This document shows positions 25,827-39,986 of a DNA stretch of 64,000 nt, piece after piece. The stretch is from Podarcis tiliguerta. Lineage: Eukaryota. The notes under the pieces were generated by a model that saw nothing but the letters and a program-made list of their open reading frames with translations, had not been told where the DNA came from and did not search any database. Made by a program: the position numbers and the translations under genes. The stretch lies in the NCBI GenBank assembly GCA_965153285.1, contig OZ229118.1; one strand, 5' to 3'. How positions within the stretch are numbered: the first letter of the stretch is position 1; each line of letters begins with the position of its first letter.

Positions 25827-26729
25827 GTAGGAGATGCAGAGTGAAATTCCTGCACTGCTAAAAAAAAATTGTAAAATTATCGGCTTCCCAATCAGGTGAA
25901 AAAAATACTGCTGTGAGAATGATACAGAGCTTTTACTACCTGTGATGAGATACATGCAGGAATGTGCTACAACATTTATTGCCTTCATTTAGTATGCTAT
26001 CAAATCCTTAAGAGATGGTTACAGCAGGCAAAATGTGTACATCGAAATCCATTAGTGAGCATTAAGTTCCAAGTGGTAGTATTTTATCTAAGGGCAAAAA
26101 TAATACTGTAATTCAGAGAGCTTTATAATAAAGCTGCACACATGCCCAAAGTGAATAGTTGTCATATCCACATTCGGGAAAGTTTTTCAAGAGGTACAGA
26201 TGTTGAGAAATAATTTAGTAAAAACTTCACATTTTTAAAAGATCCATTGTCAGCAACATTATAATCCCACCAAGCTTCTTACTAGCACAACTGTTCCTTA
26301 TCTGATCTCAGCTTTGACTCCTTCCTGTGTTGTTCTTATAGCTCGTTATTGAAGGCCTTCCAGAATAATTTTTAGCAACTACAGCAGCATTGCCACACCT
26401 TCCCCTGCCTTCCATCAATGCCTACTACTTTATCTCCACTTTCCCCCAGCCCTATTTTCCACTCTTTAAAATTCATCTTCTATGTACCTCCCTTTTCTAG
26501 TTCCTCATAGTACCTTTTGCTTTTCTGTCTTCTGTCATTGCAATCATACATATAAATACATATTTTTATTTCTATGCTACCTTTCCACAATTCAAACCAT
26601 GCTCAAGGTAGCTTACATATGGCACCCCCTCCCACAAACTCATTTAAAAGGCCACGGAATGTTAATCAGCCAAAGGTCTGGTTGAAGAGAAATATTTTTG
26701 CCTGGCACCTAAATATATGTAATTTATGC

Positions 26730-27660
26730 CTCCCTGGGGAGAGCATTCCACACATGGAGATCCACTACAGCAAAGGCTTGTTGCCACCCATCGAACCTCT
26801 CATGGAGGAGGCACACAAAGAAAGGGTGTCAGGCTATTATTGCAGGAGCAGGGGCAGTTCATATGGGTAGAGGTGATGCTTGAGGTATTGCGGTCATGAG
26901 CCGTTTGAGGCTTTATGGGTCAAAACCAGGACTTTGAATTGAGCCCGGAAACTAATTGGTAGCTAATGCAGTTGGTTTCCAATCCGTCATCAGATGCAGC
27001 CCTGTGCATAATGCATTCCACTAATCTAGCCTAGAGGTTACCAGAGCACAAACAACAGAAGTTGGGCTATATGTCATGGAGTGCTTGGACAAAGAGGAAT
27101 GATGGGAGGAACCAGCTGGGGAAGCCACAAGGGAAGAAGGTTCAGACCCTGGGGATTGGTAGTGGGGAAACAGTGAGTGGTCAGCAGAAGAAGAGGAAGT
27201 GTTGGAAGCTGAAGAGTTAACAGGGCTTAATGAGCTGGGAGCATCTGTGGTGGAGAGAAGTCCAGAAGCAGAGGCAGAAGCTGAAGCAGAGGAGGAAGGA
27301 GGCCAAGAGGCAGAGATGAGTCCTACTAGTGAAGACTCACAGGTGTCTCCCTTTCTTGCTGCGGCAAGCTGCCCTTCCCCCTTGTCTCCCAGAACCACGT
27401 AAAGAAACATGTAAAGGATGGAAGAGAGGTTGGTTTCATGCAGGCACAATCTCAGTTTGCTTGAAAATAATCTTGTAGGGGAGGGGACTTTGAAGCTGGG
27501 GGCCATTAACAGGGACACATTTCCCCTGTCTCTCTCCCGACAGAGGTCATCATACAGGGCAACCAAAGCCGCTTTGTGTCAAAACCAGGCCTAAACCCCA
27601 ACTGCAATGGATCTAGAAAATCAGTTTCCTCCAAAAGCATCTGATTCGAGTAGCAGGTAG
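26730..27660 (-). mobile_element. L2-type LINE RT fragments, interrupted by an unrelated LTR-like segment (~27072-27500)
   Basis: Minus-strand peptides LLEETDFLDPLQLGFRPGFDT and VALYDDLCRERDRGNVSLL, plus the gctttatgggtcaaaaccaggactttgaattgagcccggaaa motif. The insert starts TGTCA and is purine-rich. Boundaries approximate. Confidence 0.75.
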
Positions 27661-30600
27661 TAGCAGCCAGATGGGATGGTATTTCTAGCCTATGTGGGTG
27701 GGCATGAGAGAAGCTGTTCATGTATGCAAGGGAAATGCTTTCTAGATGCTCAGTTCAGTTTACAGTGCCATGTACAGTGTGACTTGACTTGTATTGAAAC
27801 ACAGCCCGTGTTTTGAGTTACCTGCTATAGGGTCACATTTGTTGCTATGGCTAATTTCACTGACTGACCTGCTTTGCATGGTTTTGAGTTTTCTGTTGTG
27901 GTTTCACTGATTGAATTTCAGATTGTATGCTTATCTACATATCTGTAAACATTTACAAGAATAACTTCGAAATGCTCAGTTCCTTAATAATGTGGCGTAG
28001 AATTGTGATGCAGAATTGCGGCAATGTATTTCGCCTCTACACTCATTCAATTGAATTATTTCCTTTCGGTTGCTACTTTTCGTTTCCAGCCCAGTTGTGG
28101 TCTATATTATTTTAGATTAATCTGTCCTGATAGTGTATATAGATGTGGTTCTTGGTGGCAGGAGAGTATTCCGCATGTGCAGTCACTTACCACATGAGAT
28201 GAGTGAAGTACTTCCATGTGTGTTCTAGTCCCATTACTGCTGGGCTCTGCCATTCTACCACTGGGTGTTGAATCTGATTCAACAGATTGGCTCCCAAGAT
28301 GCTGACCCCTGGGCCACATTTTTGTCTTCCAAAAATTTGCCATCCTAGCCTTGCAAGACTAATGGGATGTGTTTAGTTTGGAGGTTCACTTGTTTTCTTT
28401 CTGGAGTTTTGTTGTTTTATAACTTGTGATGGTGACAGATCCTATCTGGGTTCTTTGATTCAGCAGCCTGGGAGACGGCATGGGAAAATAATCCATTTTT
28501 ACCTGACTCCCCATTTTCGCTCTGAGCAGTGTGAGTGGTGGGACTATGGATGTGGAAGTGGCTATCCTGCTCAGATAAGCCCTCTGCTGCCTGGGGGTTT
28601 GGATTGTAGCTTCAGTGTCTATTTCTGCCAGCATAAAAAACTGAACAGATTTGTTGGGTTTCTGATTAGGTCTACCCAGCCCAATATAGTGAGTGAGCAA
28701 ATGCTTCAGTTGCCTTTTTCAAAAACAAATATCCCAAGCATCATTCCTAGCCTCTGGTCATTTATTAGAAACCTAGTGTATTCTTGTGCCTCCAGCTTCT
28801 TGGTATTGCAAATCCACCATGAGATTGGCCATGTTTGGTTGATTAAGTTGCATAAGCCTTATGACTTGCACATGCTGCCCCATTGCTCCCTCTTTCATGC
28901 AGGCCACAATTAAAGCAGGAACACTGTAATAACCATGGTTTCCCTTTTTATCAAAACTGGGTGACTGGTTACCAGCTGAAGAACAAGCCAGGTTTAATTG
29001 TTTGGAGTTGCTTCTTGCCTTGTACCTGGCTAATTTTGAGTTTTTCTTTGTGACTTGAACAAAGAGGCTGCATGCATGGGGGTGGGGGAAGCGGCATGCA
29101 TATCTTAGCTTACCAACCCAATATATGATTGTCTGAATAGGTCTGCACACACACCTATATATAAATTCAAGCATCTAGTAGGGAGTCTGCATGACATATG
29201 ACAAATTATGTTTTCTTAGTGAAACCTGCTACCTTTGGATGTCATTGCCTTCCCTCCAAAATATAAAAAGGAACATAGATACCTTTCTTAATTTTTAAAA
29301 TCTCAAGATTCTATATATGCTTCAGTTGTTATTCTTTAGTTACACCTTCCTTAGCAGAAGAGGTTTAATATTTTCCTTCCTGAACTTGAAAGGTTTTGTA
29401 TAGCCTCTGATTATTTTGTACATTTTCTCTTCACAGTTTCTAGTTATATACTGTTTGAAATATGAAGATCAAAAGTGCATACAATAATCAAGATGAACCA
29501 TGTGTTTATATGGGAGCAAACTGGTATAATTAGAATTTTTATAAAAGCCCATAGTTTAGATTTTTGTTGACAGTTTGGATTTAGCCCTATGGGTTAAGAT
29601 ATTCTAAATGCAAGACTATCATCTAGTGCTATAATGATAATTTAGTGGACTTGAACATTCTGTGATTTTCTTTCTTAATTCAAACAAAGATTGTTGTTGT
29701 TGAACCATAAGAGACAGGTGCAGTTTTTGGTCCCAACTACAATAGACTGATTATTTGGTAAAGGGATTTTGCCTTTGTTATTTTACACATGGGGCAATAG
29801 AATACTTGGTAAAATGCACTAGCTGTATAAATACGGAGAGAGAGAGAGAGAATGAAAAATGTTTTTGCAAGTTAGAAGGAGCCAGATTCATAACCATCCG
29901 TCACTCGCTTGGGCAAGTAGCTGATAAACTTCATAGAAAAATAACAAACAGTGTGTCCCTGTATCTTGACTGGTGAAAATGAGATTCTTTTCCTGATTGA
30001 TGTGAGTGGGGAGGCTTGTAAAAATGCATTTCCAGCTGATTAGTTCAGAAGATGTCAATCTCAAACAGTTTTATGACCTGCAGTCTACATGCCAGATGTA
30101 CATTTGCTATTTATAAAGTAACAAAGATGAATGACTAAATTTGAGCATTCCTCTATGGCAACTGTGCTAAATATTGCCTGCAGGACAACATAGAGCAAAC
30201 AGAGCAAAGCCCCCAAAAGCACTTATTGCCAATATAGAGCTTTTAACAATTAATGTACCGGATACTGATACTAACATAAATTTGTTTAAGCCCAGATTGA
30301 TAAGGCATTTGTCTATTACTCTGTTATTTTTAAGAGAATACATTTTAAAGAAAATCATACATACATTTTAACTTAATTAGTGACAGACAACACAAAATGT
30401 GTCAATAGGTTAATATTTGTAAAATTTCAAAATACTTTGAGAAGAACAAGCATCATTTCTCAAACAGCATTTGCAAGACATACATGGCAACCTCACCTGT
30501 ATCTAAAGATGTGTACTTACAGGAAAGCAGATAATGTTTTCTAAGCAGAAAATATGCATGTTGGCAAAGTCACCAGAAGTGTTTACATTCTGGACTCCAT

Positions 30601-31259
30601 ACATATTTTTCTGGAAGAAGATAGTGTGTTACCCTTCTGTCACTAGATGTTCATGTAGTTTAACAAATGAAGTAGCTCAGAAAGATGGAAAATGAGTTAT
30701 GAATGCTGAGCCAAAGCACACATTCTGATGTGTGTAAATAAATACATAATTAGCAATAATTTGTAGTTGTTGTAAAGGTAATTTGGGGATATGATGAAAA
30801 GGAAATTGAAGGAGGAGGATAGACGCATGTGTGCTATTTTGTGCACATACTACTAATCTCTTTGGATTGTGGTCACAGTGTAAAGTTTAAGATCTAGCTA
30901 ATTAATCATGTTCCCTCAATGGCATTTAATTTAGTGGTGGCTAAAAACTAACAAAGCAATAAGGTTATTGTGCTAAGTGATGTATAGATATTAAGTGATA
31001 AATAGAACTTGTCTCAAAAGAATTGCTACCAAGACAAGAAGATAGACACACAAGATAAGAGAAATATAGGACATAGAAGCCAAAAAAATAATAATTACAT
31101 TTTACCAATTTTAGGTCAATTTCATATTTTCTTTCATTTTTCAGTGCACTGAGAAGCAGGTTGTATCATTTTTAGAAGATGATAGATAGGAAAATGTAGA
31201 ACAGAAAAAAGATCATTTGAGAATGAGAAATATGCAGACTGGTAGGAAATAATAAAAGG

Positions 31260-31703
31260 AGCTGAGGGGCAGCAGAGCTTGCACAGCTGACGCATGGGGA
31301 AGCGTCTTCCCGGCACATCAGCTGAGCTGGTCACGTGAGCTGGAAGGGTAGCGGGCACTTCATTGAGCTGCTCAGCTGATGCACTGGGAAGCTTTTCCGT
31401 GTGTTAGCTGAGCAGCCTCCACAAGCCTCTGACTAACAAGGAGACCCTCACCAGAGCCTGAAGAGGATGTCCTCTGGGCTCTGGGGAGGGTCTCAGTGCG
31501 AGCCGGAGGGGCAGCGGTGCTTGCTCAGCTGATGCACAGGGAAATGGCTGCTGCGCTACCCCACACATCCTCTTCAGGCTCTGGGGTGGGTCTCCTTGTA
31601 AGCTACTAGGACTCTCCATGGTATTCCCCATTTTATGTGATTTCATTGACTTGCGAGGAGGTTCAGAATCTAATCCCCACATAAATGGGGATTCACCTCT
31701 GTA
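31260..31703. mobile_element. Partial Tc1/pogo-like MITE with repeated cagctgatgca/cagctgag motifs
   Basis: GC-rich island ending ...ggggattcacctctg-TA; left TIR not found. Confidence 0.5.
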
Positions 31704-32289
31704 TTTAAATATGTTGTGCATATGTGTGAAATACGCAGGTTTGTATTCGCTATGTTATGTTATATAAGCTGGTATTCATCATTAACTGATTTGCATTAAG
31801 ATTCAATTTGCTGAACATATATTGTGTTCTCATATATATTTTCAGCTGAAAGAGCGACTGAAATTACCTCTGCTTGTAGCAATGTAGCCTTTCTTCTAAA
31901 GGAAAAAGAATCCATCTTCATAAATGTTCTTAAATATTTAAAGCTGACTTGCAGCTCAAATGCTTTAAATATGCTCCAAGAAGCAGCCAAGCTGCAGTTA
32001 CCTGCTTCTCTTTCTAGAAAACCAAATAACCTCACATAAAAGCTACTTTAAAGGCCCCTTGGAAATTATTTAATATTTATAAATCAGCAATATGTGTGTT
32101 AGCTATATCTGTGCTGGCATTGAAATGAAATTCTGCAGTGATTTGAAATCTGATATACTTTGAACTTCTCAAATTGCAACAGTACTCAGTATCAATTCAC
32201 AAAAAATTGTGGGTACTTTGTTGCTGTGCCAACATCTGCATGAAATCTGAATTTCATTGTGGCTTTTGGAACTTGTTTGCATTGTACTA

Positions 32290-32500
32290 ATGCATCACTA
32301 AGCAAAGGACCCAGAAGTATCCCAAGCTGCATCCTGCTCCTTCAGAGGCAGTGTAAGCCCCGTCAAGAACAGGCCACTTACTGTCCATCTGGTCCAGGGA
32401 ACTGCCCACTAACAGTGTCTCAGTTTTATCTGGATTAAGCTTCAGTTTGTTGGCTCTCATCCAGTCCATTACTGAGGCAAGGCAACAGTCCAGCACATTC
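32290..32500 (-). mobile_element. L2-type LINE RT fragment
   Basis: Minus-strand CLASVMDWMRANKLKLNPDKTETLLV, a typical L2/CR1-clade RT motif. Confidence 0.85.
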
Positions 32501-33774
32501 ACTAGGTAGCGTTGAGGAAAGCTTCTGTCTGAAATCCTCAACAGCCACTGCTAGTCAGAAAGATAGTATTGAATGTGTTGCCCTCCAGATGTTTTAGGGC
32601 TCAACTCCAGACAACTTGGCCAATGGTAAATCATGATGGGAGTTGTGGTCTTTCTCTCTCACCATGTGATATGATGAAGGGGGGAGTATGTTTTATTGTT
32701 TCCCAACTTACCTAGAGTAACATACCTAGGGTTCCTAGGCACTATCCCCTGAATGCACTGTCTAGACTTTGCTTAGTTTCAACAGAGTTACTCTATCTTG
32801 CACCTTTCAGCTATTCTCAGAGACCTTTTTAGTAATATTGAGGGTTCTAAATTTGAACCAGCAGTGACAAGGGCAGCTAATGCTTTTCATATTCTGAGCA
32901 TGCATATATCTTCCCCCATCACATCAAGGATCAGATTTTCCTCTTGGGGGAATTGCAGCTGGGGAAATAATCACTTGTAAGCTGTTGGCATCATTGTGAA
33001 TCTCCACTGGATGCAGGAGGTGTTGTTGGTCCTCTAACGCTTAGATCAGGGAGGGTTCATATATATATGTGCGTGAACACACACACAACTGCTTTTGTAT
33101 AGTGGCTGTTCCAGTGACATGCCCAAACCAAAAAATATCTTCAAGGCTGCCTTTGAGTAGACTGTTTCCAGAAAGAGCAACTCACCCACACACTTGTTTA
33201 TATGGTTGGGAACAGTTCACATACATAAACCTGCAAGATTCAGCGTGGCGTCTTCTCATCTACTTTGGTGTAGCTATGATGCATAGCCTTACCACTACAA
33301 CAGGAGCCACAGATTTATAGCTTTAGGATCCTGAAAGGCAGGATTCTGACAATTGACATGTTAACTTGGAAAGTAAACTGGTTTTCAGCCTTTCCCTGGT
33401 GTGGTTATGCAGTTGTGATGTTTGCATTATATTTATAATAACTATTTTTGTATGCACTTTTTTGATATTCATCCAGTTCTGTTGTGTGTGTGCTATTTCT
33501 CTTATTTATTTTGTCTCGAGTTTCTTCAATATGCAAATTTATATATGCCACATTTGCAACATGGACCCTCTTCTTCATTGCTTTCAGATTATTACTTAGC
33601 ACAATATCTGTCCTTTTTTCCTCTGAAAGGCCTGAAATAACTTCTAAACTTCTAATATCTCCGCTTATTATTTACACTGTGAAAACTGCTGAATGTGATT
33701 GTTGTCTTTAATTGCTCATTAGGGGAAATGAATAGGAAGTATTGCTCCTTTTCTTCTAACTTTTTTGTCTGTAG

Positions 33775-33991
33775 ATGGATTAATTGACTGCATGGATCCT
33801 GACTGCTGTTTGCAGAGTTCCTGCCAAAACCAGCCCTACTGCCGTGGACTGCCGGACCCACAAGATATCATTAGCCAAAGCCAGCAGTCACCATCTCAGC
33901 AAGCTGCCAAATCCTTTTACGATCGGATAAGTTTTCTTATAGGACCGGACAGCTCCCATGTCATTCCTGGGGAAAGCCCTTTCAATAAAAG
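33775..33991 (+). CDS. TENM3: TENM3 exon, Cys-rich region ([12 protein letters not shown]...ESPFNK)
   Basis: Acceptor ttgtctgtag, donor AAAG|gtgagg; 217 nt, phase 1-2. Confidence 0.95.
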
Positions 33992-35461
33992 GTGAGGGTT
34001 TTCTGTTATTCCTTTTGCTTATATCCTTTGTTTCAAGGATAGTTGGAAAAGTACAAAATTTGGGACTCTGCATGGCTGATTTTGTACAAAACTTCAGACA
34101 GACAGTGATACTGCTTTAACATAGCTTTTTATACTGTGTACTGTCTAAGTTCTAACAGGGCATTCCATTAAGGATTATATAAATCTTCATTGACCCAGCT
34201 GATTTGGGTTAGCACAGTTGGAAGTGTATCAAAGTGATGAAAACGCCTCAGAAGGGAAGGCAGTGATGCACTTTTAAAGCTGAGCTCAGTAAATAATATA
34301 AATTATGAATTAATGTAATAGAACTGTTAACTGCATGACAGTATGATTGCAGAAGCTGCCTGCCTGGTGCTTTGCAGAGTGGTTATATACCTGAAAATAA
34401 GCTAGTAACTGAAAGCAGGTGTCCTGTGCCTTACTGAGTGAAAGTAGATGATTTACTCTGGAACTCCTGTGTCTGCAGTAATTTAGCTGCATTAATGTAG
34501 TTGAGCACAGCGGTTGATTAAAAGTTGTAACACAAATGTTCCTTATTACTCCTTTAAATTCTGTGCTTTGCAGCCCCCGCAGGTTTACAGATTGCCTAAA
34601 AATTAATTGGCAAAACACTTTTCCGTAGGGAAGTGCAAAAAGATAGGCTGTTTAGAAGGAAAGCCTTGAGTTTATAATTTTAAAACACCATTGCTAATTT
34701 ATTAATTTTGCACACTGATCCAAAATGCTTTGGTTGTGATCCAGAGAGCCCCTTTATATGCAGTCAAGAGATTGTTCGCTGTAGTAGGGGTCTATTCAAT
34801 CAGCAGTTCCCTCCTACTGTAGCACATCATAAACTGCTTTTAAAATTCATGGAACTTAAAAAGATTCTTACGGTGCAGCGCAGGACGCTTTTGTTTGAAA
34901 AAACAAAGCAAAATAAAAATCCTGCTTCTTACTGAGGGTGCTCCTTATATTTATCAGATTTCAGCCATTGGCTTAGAAGTAAGTTATTTTGATCCCAATG
35001 AAACCTACCACCAAGTGAGTGTGCTCAAGTTTGCAGAGTTAGCAAGCAAGATGCAGCAGTTCAATTCCGAATACCATTACTAGGAAGTAAGCCACATTGA
35101 ATTCAGTGGGAATTCTGAATAAACATGCCCAGGATTTTACTGTATAAGCGGATAATATTTTCACATGTGAACACAGATCCAAACCTGGATCTGCTGCTGA
35201 GTGTACATGTGACAACAAACCAATCAGTTACCACTGTATTTGGATGGTGCAAGTGTTTGCCATATTCACACTGTAAGTAATTAGATTTACACTGAAACTA
35301 TCTCAGAGAGACTATAGATCCATATGAGTTTTGAAATAAGGCAGTGGCTGCACAGTATACAATGTTGTGAACTAACAGGATGTTTATGCTTTGGTACATT
35401 GGCATGGTAGTGCTTGTTTGAGAAAATATTAAATGCTGTAATTTTGTACCTTTCCCTACAG

Positions 35462-35581
35462 CCTTGCATCTGTTATAAGGGGCCAAGTATTGACAGCAGA
35501 TGGAACACCACTCATTGGAGTTAATGTGTCGTTTTTACATTATCCAGATTATGGGTACACCATCACTCGCCAAGATGGAAT
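35462..35581 (+). CDS. TENM3: TENM3 exon, TTR-like domain ([40 protein letters not shown])
   Basis: Acceptor ttccctacag, donor GAAT|gtaagt; 120 nt, phase 2-2. The coding frame is absent from the ORF track. Confidence 0.95.
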
Positions 35582-35659
35582 GTAAGTTTCATGTCACGTA
35601 TATTGAGATAGCAGTACAGAAAATTAACTTGTCTTATTTAATCAAAAGTTGTTTTGAGA

Positions 35660-35689
35660 TGTGTGTGTGTGTGTGTGTGTGTGTTTAGT

Positions 35690-35724
<35 letters not shown>
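35660..35724. repeat. (GT)12 - 8 nt - (AC)16 self-complementary microsatellite pair
   Basis: Read directly: GT at 35661-35684, AC at 35693-35724. Confidence 0.97.
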
Positions 35725-35726
<2 letters not shown>

Positions 35727-35843
35727 GAAAAGGGCTACTGCTTCTTCTGACAAACTTAATCTTCAAATTTAAATTGTATATATGTCTGTGAGCAAGATGT
35801 AAATTTAAGGCATTTTACACAATAATAATCTGATTTACATTAG

Positions 35844-36105
35844 GTTTGACTTGGTGGCAAATGGAGGCGCATCTTTAACCCTAGTGTTCGAACGGTCACC
35901 ATTCCTTACTCAATACCACACAGTTTGGATTCCATGGAACGTCTTCTATGTCATGGACACCCTGGTCATGAAGAAGGAGGAGAACGACATTCCCAGCTGC
36001 GATCTGAGTGGATTTGTGAGACCAAATCCTGTCATTGTATCATCACCTCTTTCTACCTTGTTTAGGATTTCCCCTGAGGACAGTCCTATTATTCCTGAGA
36101 CGCAG
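35844..36105 (+). CDS. TENM3: TENM3 exon ([14 protein letters not shown]...PIIPETQ)
   Basis: Acceptor ttacattag, donor GCAG|gtacaa; 262 nt, phase 2-0. Confidence 0.95.
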
Positions 36106-39100
36106 GTACAATACATCTTAAGTACAAATATATTTGTGAGAATCAGGACCCTTTCTAAGTAAGGGGGGCTGGGGGCAAGGTTCCTTCTAGGGCCCCCACA
36201 TTCAGTGCCTTGTCAACTCCACTGCTGCCACTCTGATTCCCACCCTTTCCTGGTTGCTTTGTCTCTCCCCCCCCCCCCCTTAACATATGTTAATGGCAAT
36301 AGTTAATCTGTCCCTTGTGGTGATGACTGCCTCCACAGTGTTTGCCATGGAAGCTAAATGTGGCATCCGAAAGCAAGTTAAAATTTAAAGAAATGTGTTA
36401 CTGCTTAGGAATATATGGGCTGCAATGAAATAGACATTGGGAAGGATCTAGGAATTACAAGGTTATCAGCATATTGAAATACATGGTGTGACCTCTAGCA
36501 TGTTTCAAAATGAAGAGTTGTTTTTATTTTGAAATTAAGGACTGCTATGTAATATTATTTAGGCAACTCAAAACATTCTGCTATAAAACTTGTGTTTTAG
36601 ACTCATAATGCCCTACTCCATTAGCATCGTAAGGTGGAAGGGGATGAAACATAATCATTCGTTGATGTGGACTGAAAGCCTAAAGGAAAACACAGAATAA
36701 TTAAGCAGGAGCCAGTTTTATCTGTCACTGTTATGCCGCTGCCTTTGGTTACTGCAGATGAGATCAAAAGTTAGTTTCAAAATACTACCCGTGGCAACAT
36801 AGCTTTGATTTTTGGCAGTAGCTGATGAAATGTCTAAACTCAAGTCTATAAACAATTAAAATTAATAATTTACAAGCCTCTCGGTAAAGTGCTTTGAAAG
36901 AAAGGATTATTTTAAGAAAAAAGTAAACTTGCACACCTTGATTTTATTTAAACTGTACTAATATGAAAAGCTTTTTTATGATGTGTGGGCACATTAGCGC
37001 TGTTGCTAATACATATCTGATATGTATTTTTGCAGGAAAACATAAATTATAGGGAAGCTTTCTCCAAACTCTGTGCACTCACAGGATTCTTACCTTCTGT
37101 TGTAGAAGTGACGCATATATATAATTCCCAAGGGCTTAATGTTAAGCTCATATGCACAATACATAATATTGAATATCCTCATCTCTCACAAAAACCATTA
37201 GTCACAATAAATCAATACAGTTCCAGGCTTTCTTGGAAGTGAACAGTGTAATTTTTCAAAGAAATTATCAAGCAAGACATATAAAGTATGTGTAAGTGAT
37301 AACTTGAAAAACAAAACAAATAAGTATATTTCCATTTGGTTTTCCTTCACTAGAATCAGCTACAGTAGTAAAATAAGTTGGCAACATTCTGCATCATTTT
37401 CATAGCATACCAGTGTGCTACTCTAGTTATGGATTCATAGCTTTATTAACACTTTACTGTTTGCCAGGACAGTCTGGTGGCAGAAAAGAACAGCAATCAC
37501 AGATAACATTAAGCCAAGGTGTATGATTTGTTCAAATCGTAATGTAGACAATCCTTGACTTAGTTTGATATCTTAATCAACACTCATGATTTGTTTCTGT
37601 CCAAACAAATTACCACGTGAAGCCAAAGTTTGCTGTTGGCTTCCTAAACATGGTTGTTTGGGAGAAACAAACCATGAGCACTGGTTCAGACATCACACTA
37701 AAACTAAAGTTTGTTGTTCATTGCTCCCAGCTAGACAAAGGAAAAAGTGAAACACCAGAATGAAGCTTGGGCTCATTTTCTTGAACAGTATGCAGTGGAG
37801 CCTGGGCAATTGCCCCATCCAAGATCAGGTGACAGTACTTGCCACCCACACCCCATGCCATGCTATTGAAAGGGGTCCCTCCCACTCCCCAGAGAGGTGT
37901 TTTTTTTCAGGGGGAGGAGCTTCCTTCCACTTTCAGTTTTCAAGACCTAACCCACAATTGCAGGATTCTGTTGGGGAGAAGGGAGGCTCTTGCCTGGTAA
38001 ACGTGGGTATTCAACTCAGTTTTGCTCAGTTTTAAATTAATGAACGTAGCTTAGTTAGTGCCATTAATTTCAGTGGGTTTACTTTGAGTAAAACTTGCAT
38101 TGAAAACTGCCTATGCTGTTAACCAGTGAGGCAGGACTTCTTCATGATTCCTGCCACCGTACCCCCCTCATGAGAGCTCATGGAGCCACATGAAGTGTGG
38201 TGTGCCCTGAGATCTTGCAAAGGGAGATGCTTCTCTCCAAACTTGGGCCATGGTGGCTATTGCATTGCCCTGCAAATTGCCTGTACGGCATCAACATACA
38301 CTTGCAGAACCAGTTAGTCTGCAGCACCTCCTAAACTGGAATGCTGCTGAACAGTGCAGAACTTTCCTTGATGGTTCCTACCTGGAAGCTTGGCTTAGGC
38401 TAACTTTGAGGCAGCTTTTTGAGTTGGTGGCCAACATCCTGAGAATTGAGCTTTATGTGTTTCAGAGGTGCCATATTTTAGTGATATGAGATTTATCGTT
38501 GTCTTTTTAGAAATCTTCTCATCTTAATGGAGCTGTTTGGTGGCTTTACAGCTAAAGCTTTAGTGGTGTGGTTAAGAAAAAAAATCTAGTTGGAAGTCTT
38601 GAATGAAATAAAGATGATTGACTATCTTAATCCATGGAAGACAGAAACCCATCTTGTCTAACTATCACCCACACACTTTTCTAGGCAAGAAAGGCTCTAA
38701 AAAGAAGATTGAATCATTGTGCTCTCCTGATATGAGAAAGGGTTGAATATTGATCAGAATGCATGAGGAAGCTTTCCCTAAGGCAGCCATCTAGCTTGAG
38801 AAAGAAAGGAAAGAAAATTTCTGTTTTAAACATCTTTGAAAAATTGCCAATGTAAATATTCTGAAGGCAATATTTTGAAATGCCACACAACAAAACCATT
38901 TTAGTAATTAGAACTAAATTGTGAAATACAGTAAGTAGAAGCAGGAAAATCAGAGAGGGTTATGTTTAGACTTTAAAGAGGAGCAGCTCATCTCTGTAAA
39001 AGAAGTGAGGTGCCTCTCCACTTCCCCAGGGGTACATCTCCATGCACATCCTCTTGCTGTACCATCCTAGGCTGAGAGGCCCCAGACTACACATAGAAGG

Positions 39101-39986
39101 GTTCATCAGACTGCAGAAGCAGCTGCTGTGAAGGCTGAGTGCCATTTCCCTCTCACCTGAAAGGGCAGCTCTTCCAGGGGTTTTGCAGGATACGCGGTCA
39201 TGCTGCTCACCAGAGCCTCAACCCAGGTAGAAAGAGACTCATACAGCTCTCAGCCTGCATGTCCAAAGGTGTCTGACCTTCCCCCATCTCCTTTCCCAGC
39301 CTGTTTCTTGAGGGCTTCAACATTGGCAATAAATGCCCTCACATCCATTTCCTCTTCACCCACATCAGCAGCCAGTTGATGAGGGATATATTTCAGGGAG
39401 GTTTTGTGTGACTTTTTTAAAGGAACCATGGCAAGACAGGAAATAAGTTTGATTGGACCGTAAGAGGCAAATTTCCCAGATAGAAAGGTTCCAAAATAAA
39501 AAGGACTTCAAAGCAGAAGGGCATGTGTTCATGCCTGTCCTGTGATGGCTGCAGTGCTTCAATCCTGCTGGATTTACCAACTAGAATTTCAGAGCAGCAT
39601 GAAATCTTGGTTTAAATTTCTGGTTTAAACACACAAAGATCACAGCACAAGCCGGCTCATGAAGGAGGGGAGGCATACAGACCATTCCTTCCTAAACCAT
39701 TGTCTTTTACAGAACTCAGATCACAGTATTTTGTACACATGTGTATATATATATATGAGGTACCATTGATGCAGCAATTGCTGTAGGAAATAAGGTTGTA
39801 AAAACTTTCATCCTAAAAAAATCATCACATCTTGCTTCAGAAGTTTAGGTAGTCAGCCCAATGATTGTTTAAACAATTGTATCTTTCTACAGAAAACGTA
39901 TTTCTGATAGTTTCTAATCAATCACATGCAGTAAAATTCTTGCTAGTTGAGATTAATTTGTCATTTTCCTCTTTTTTTTTTTATAG

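Noticed and set aside
27021-27566. 181-aa Ser-rich minus-strand ORF
   Set aside because: Chimera of an L2 RT fragment and the antisense of a GA-rich repeat.
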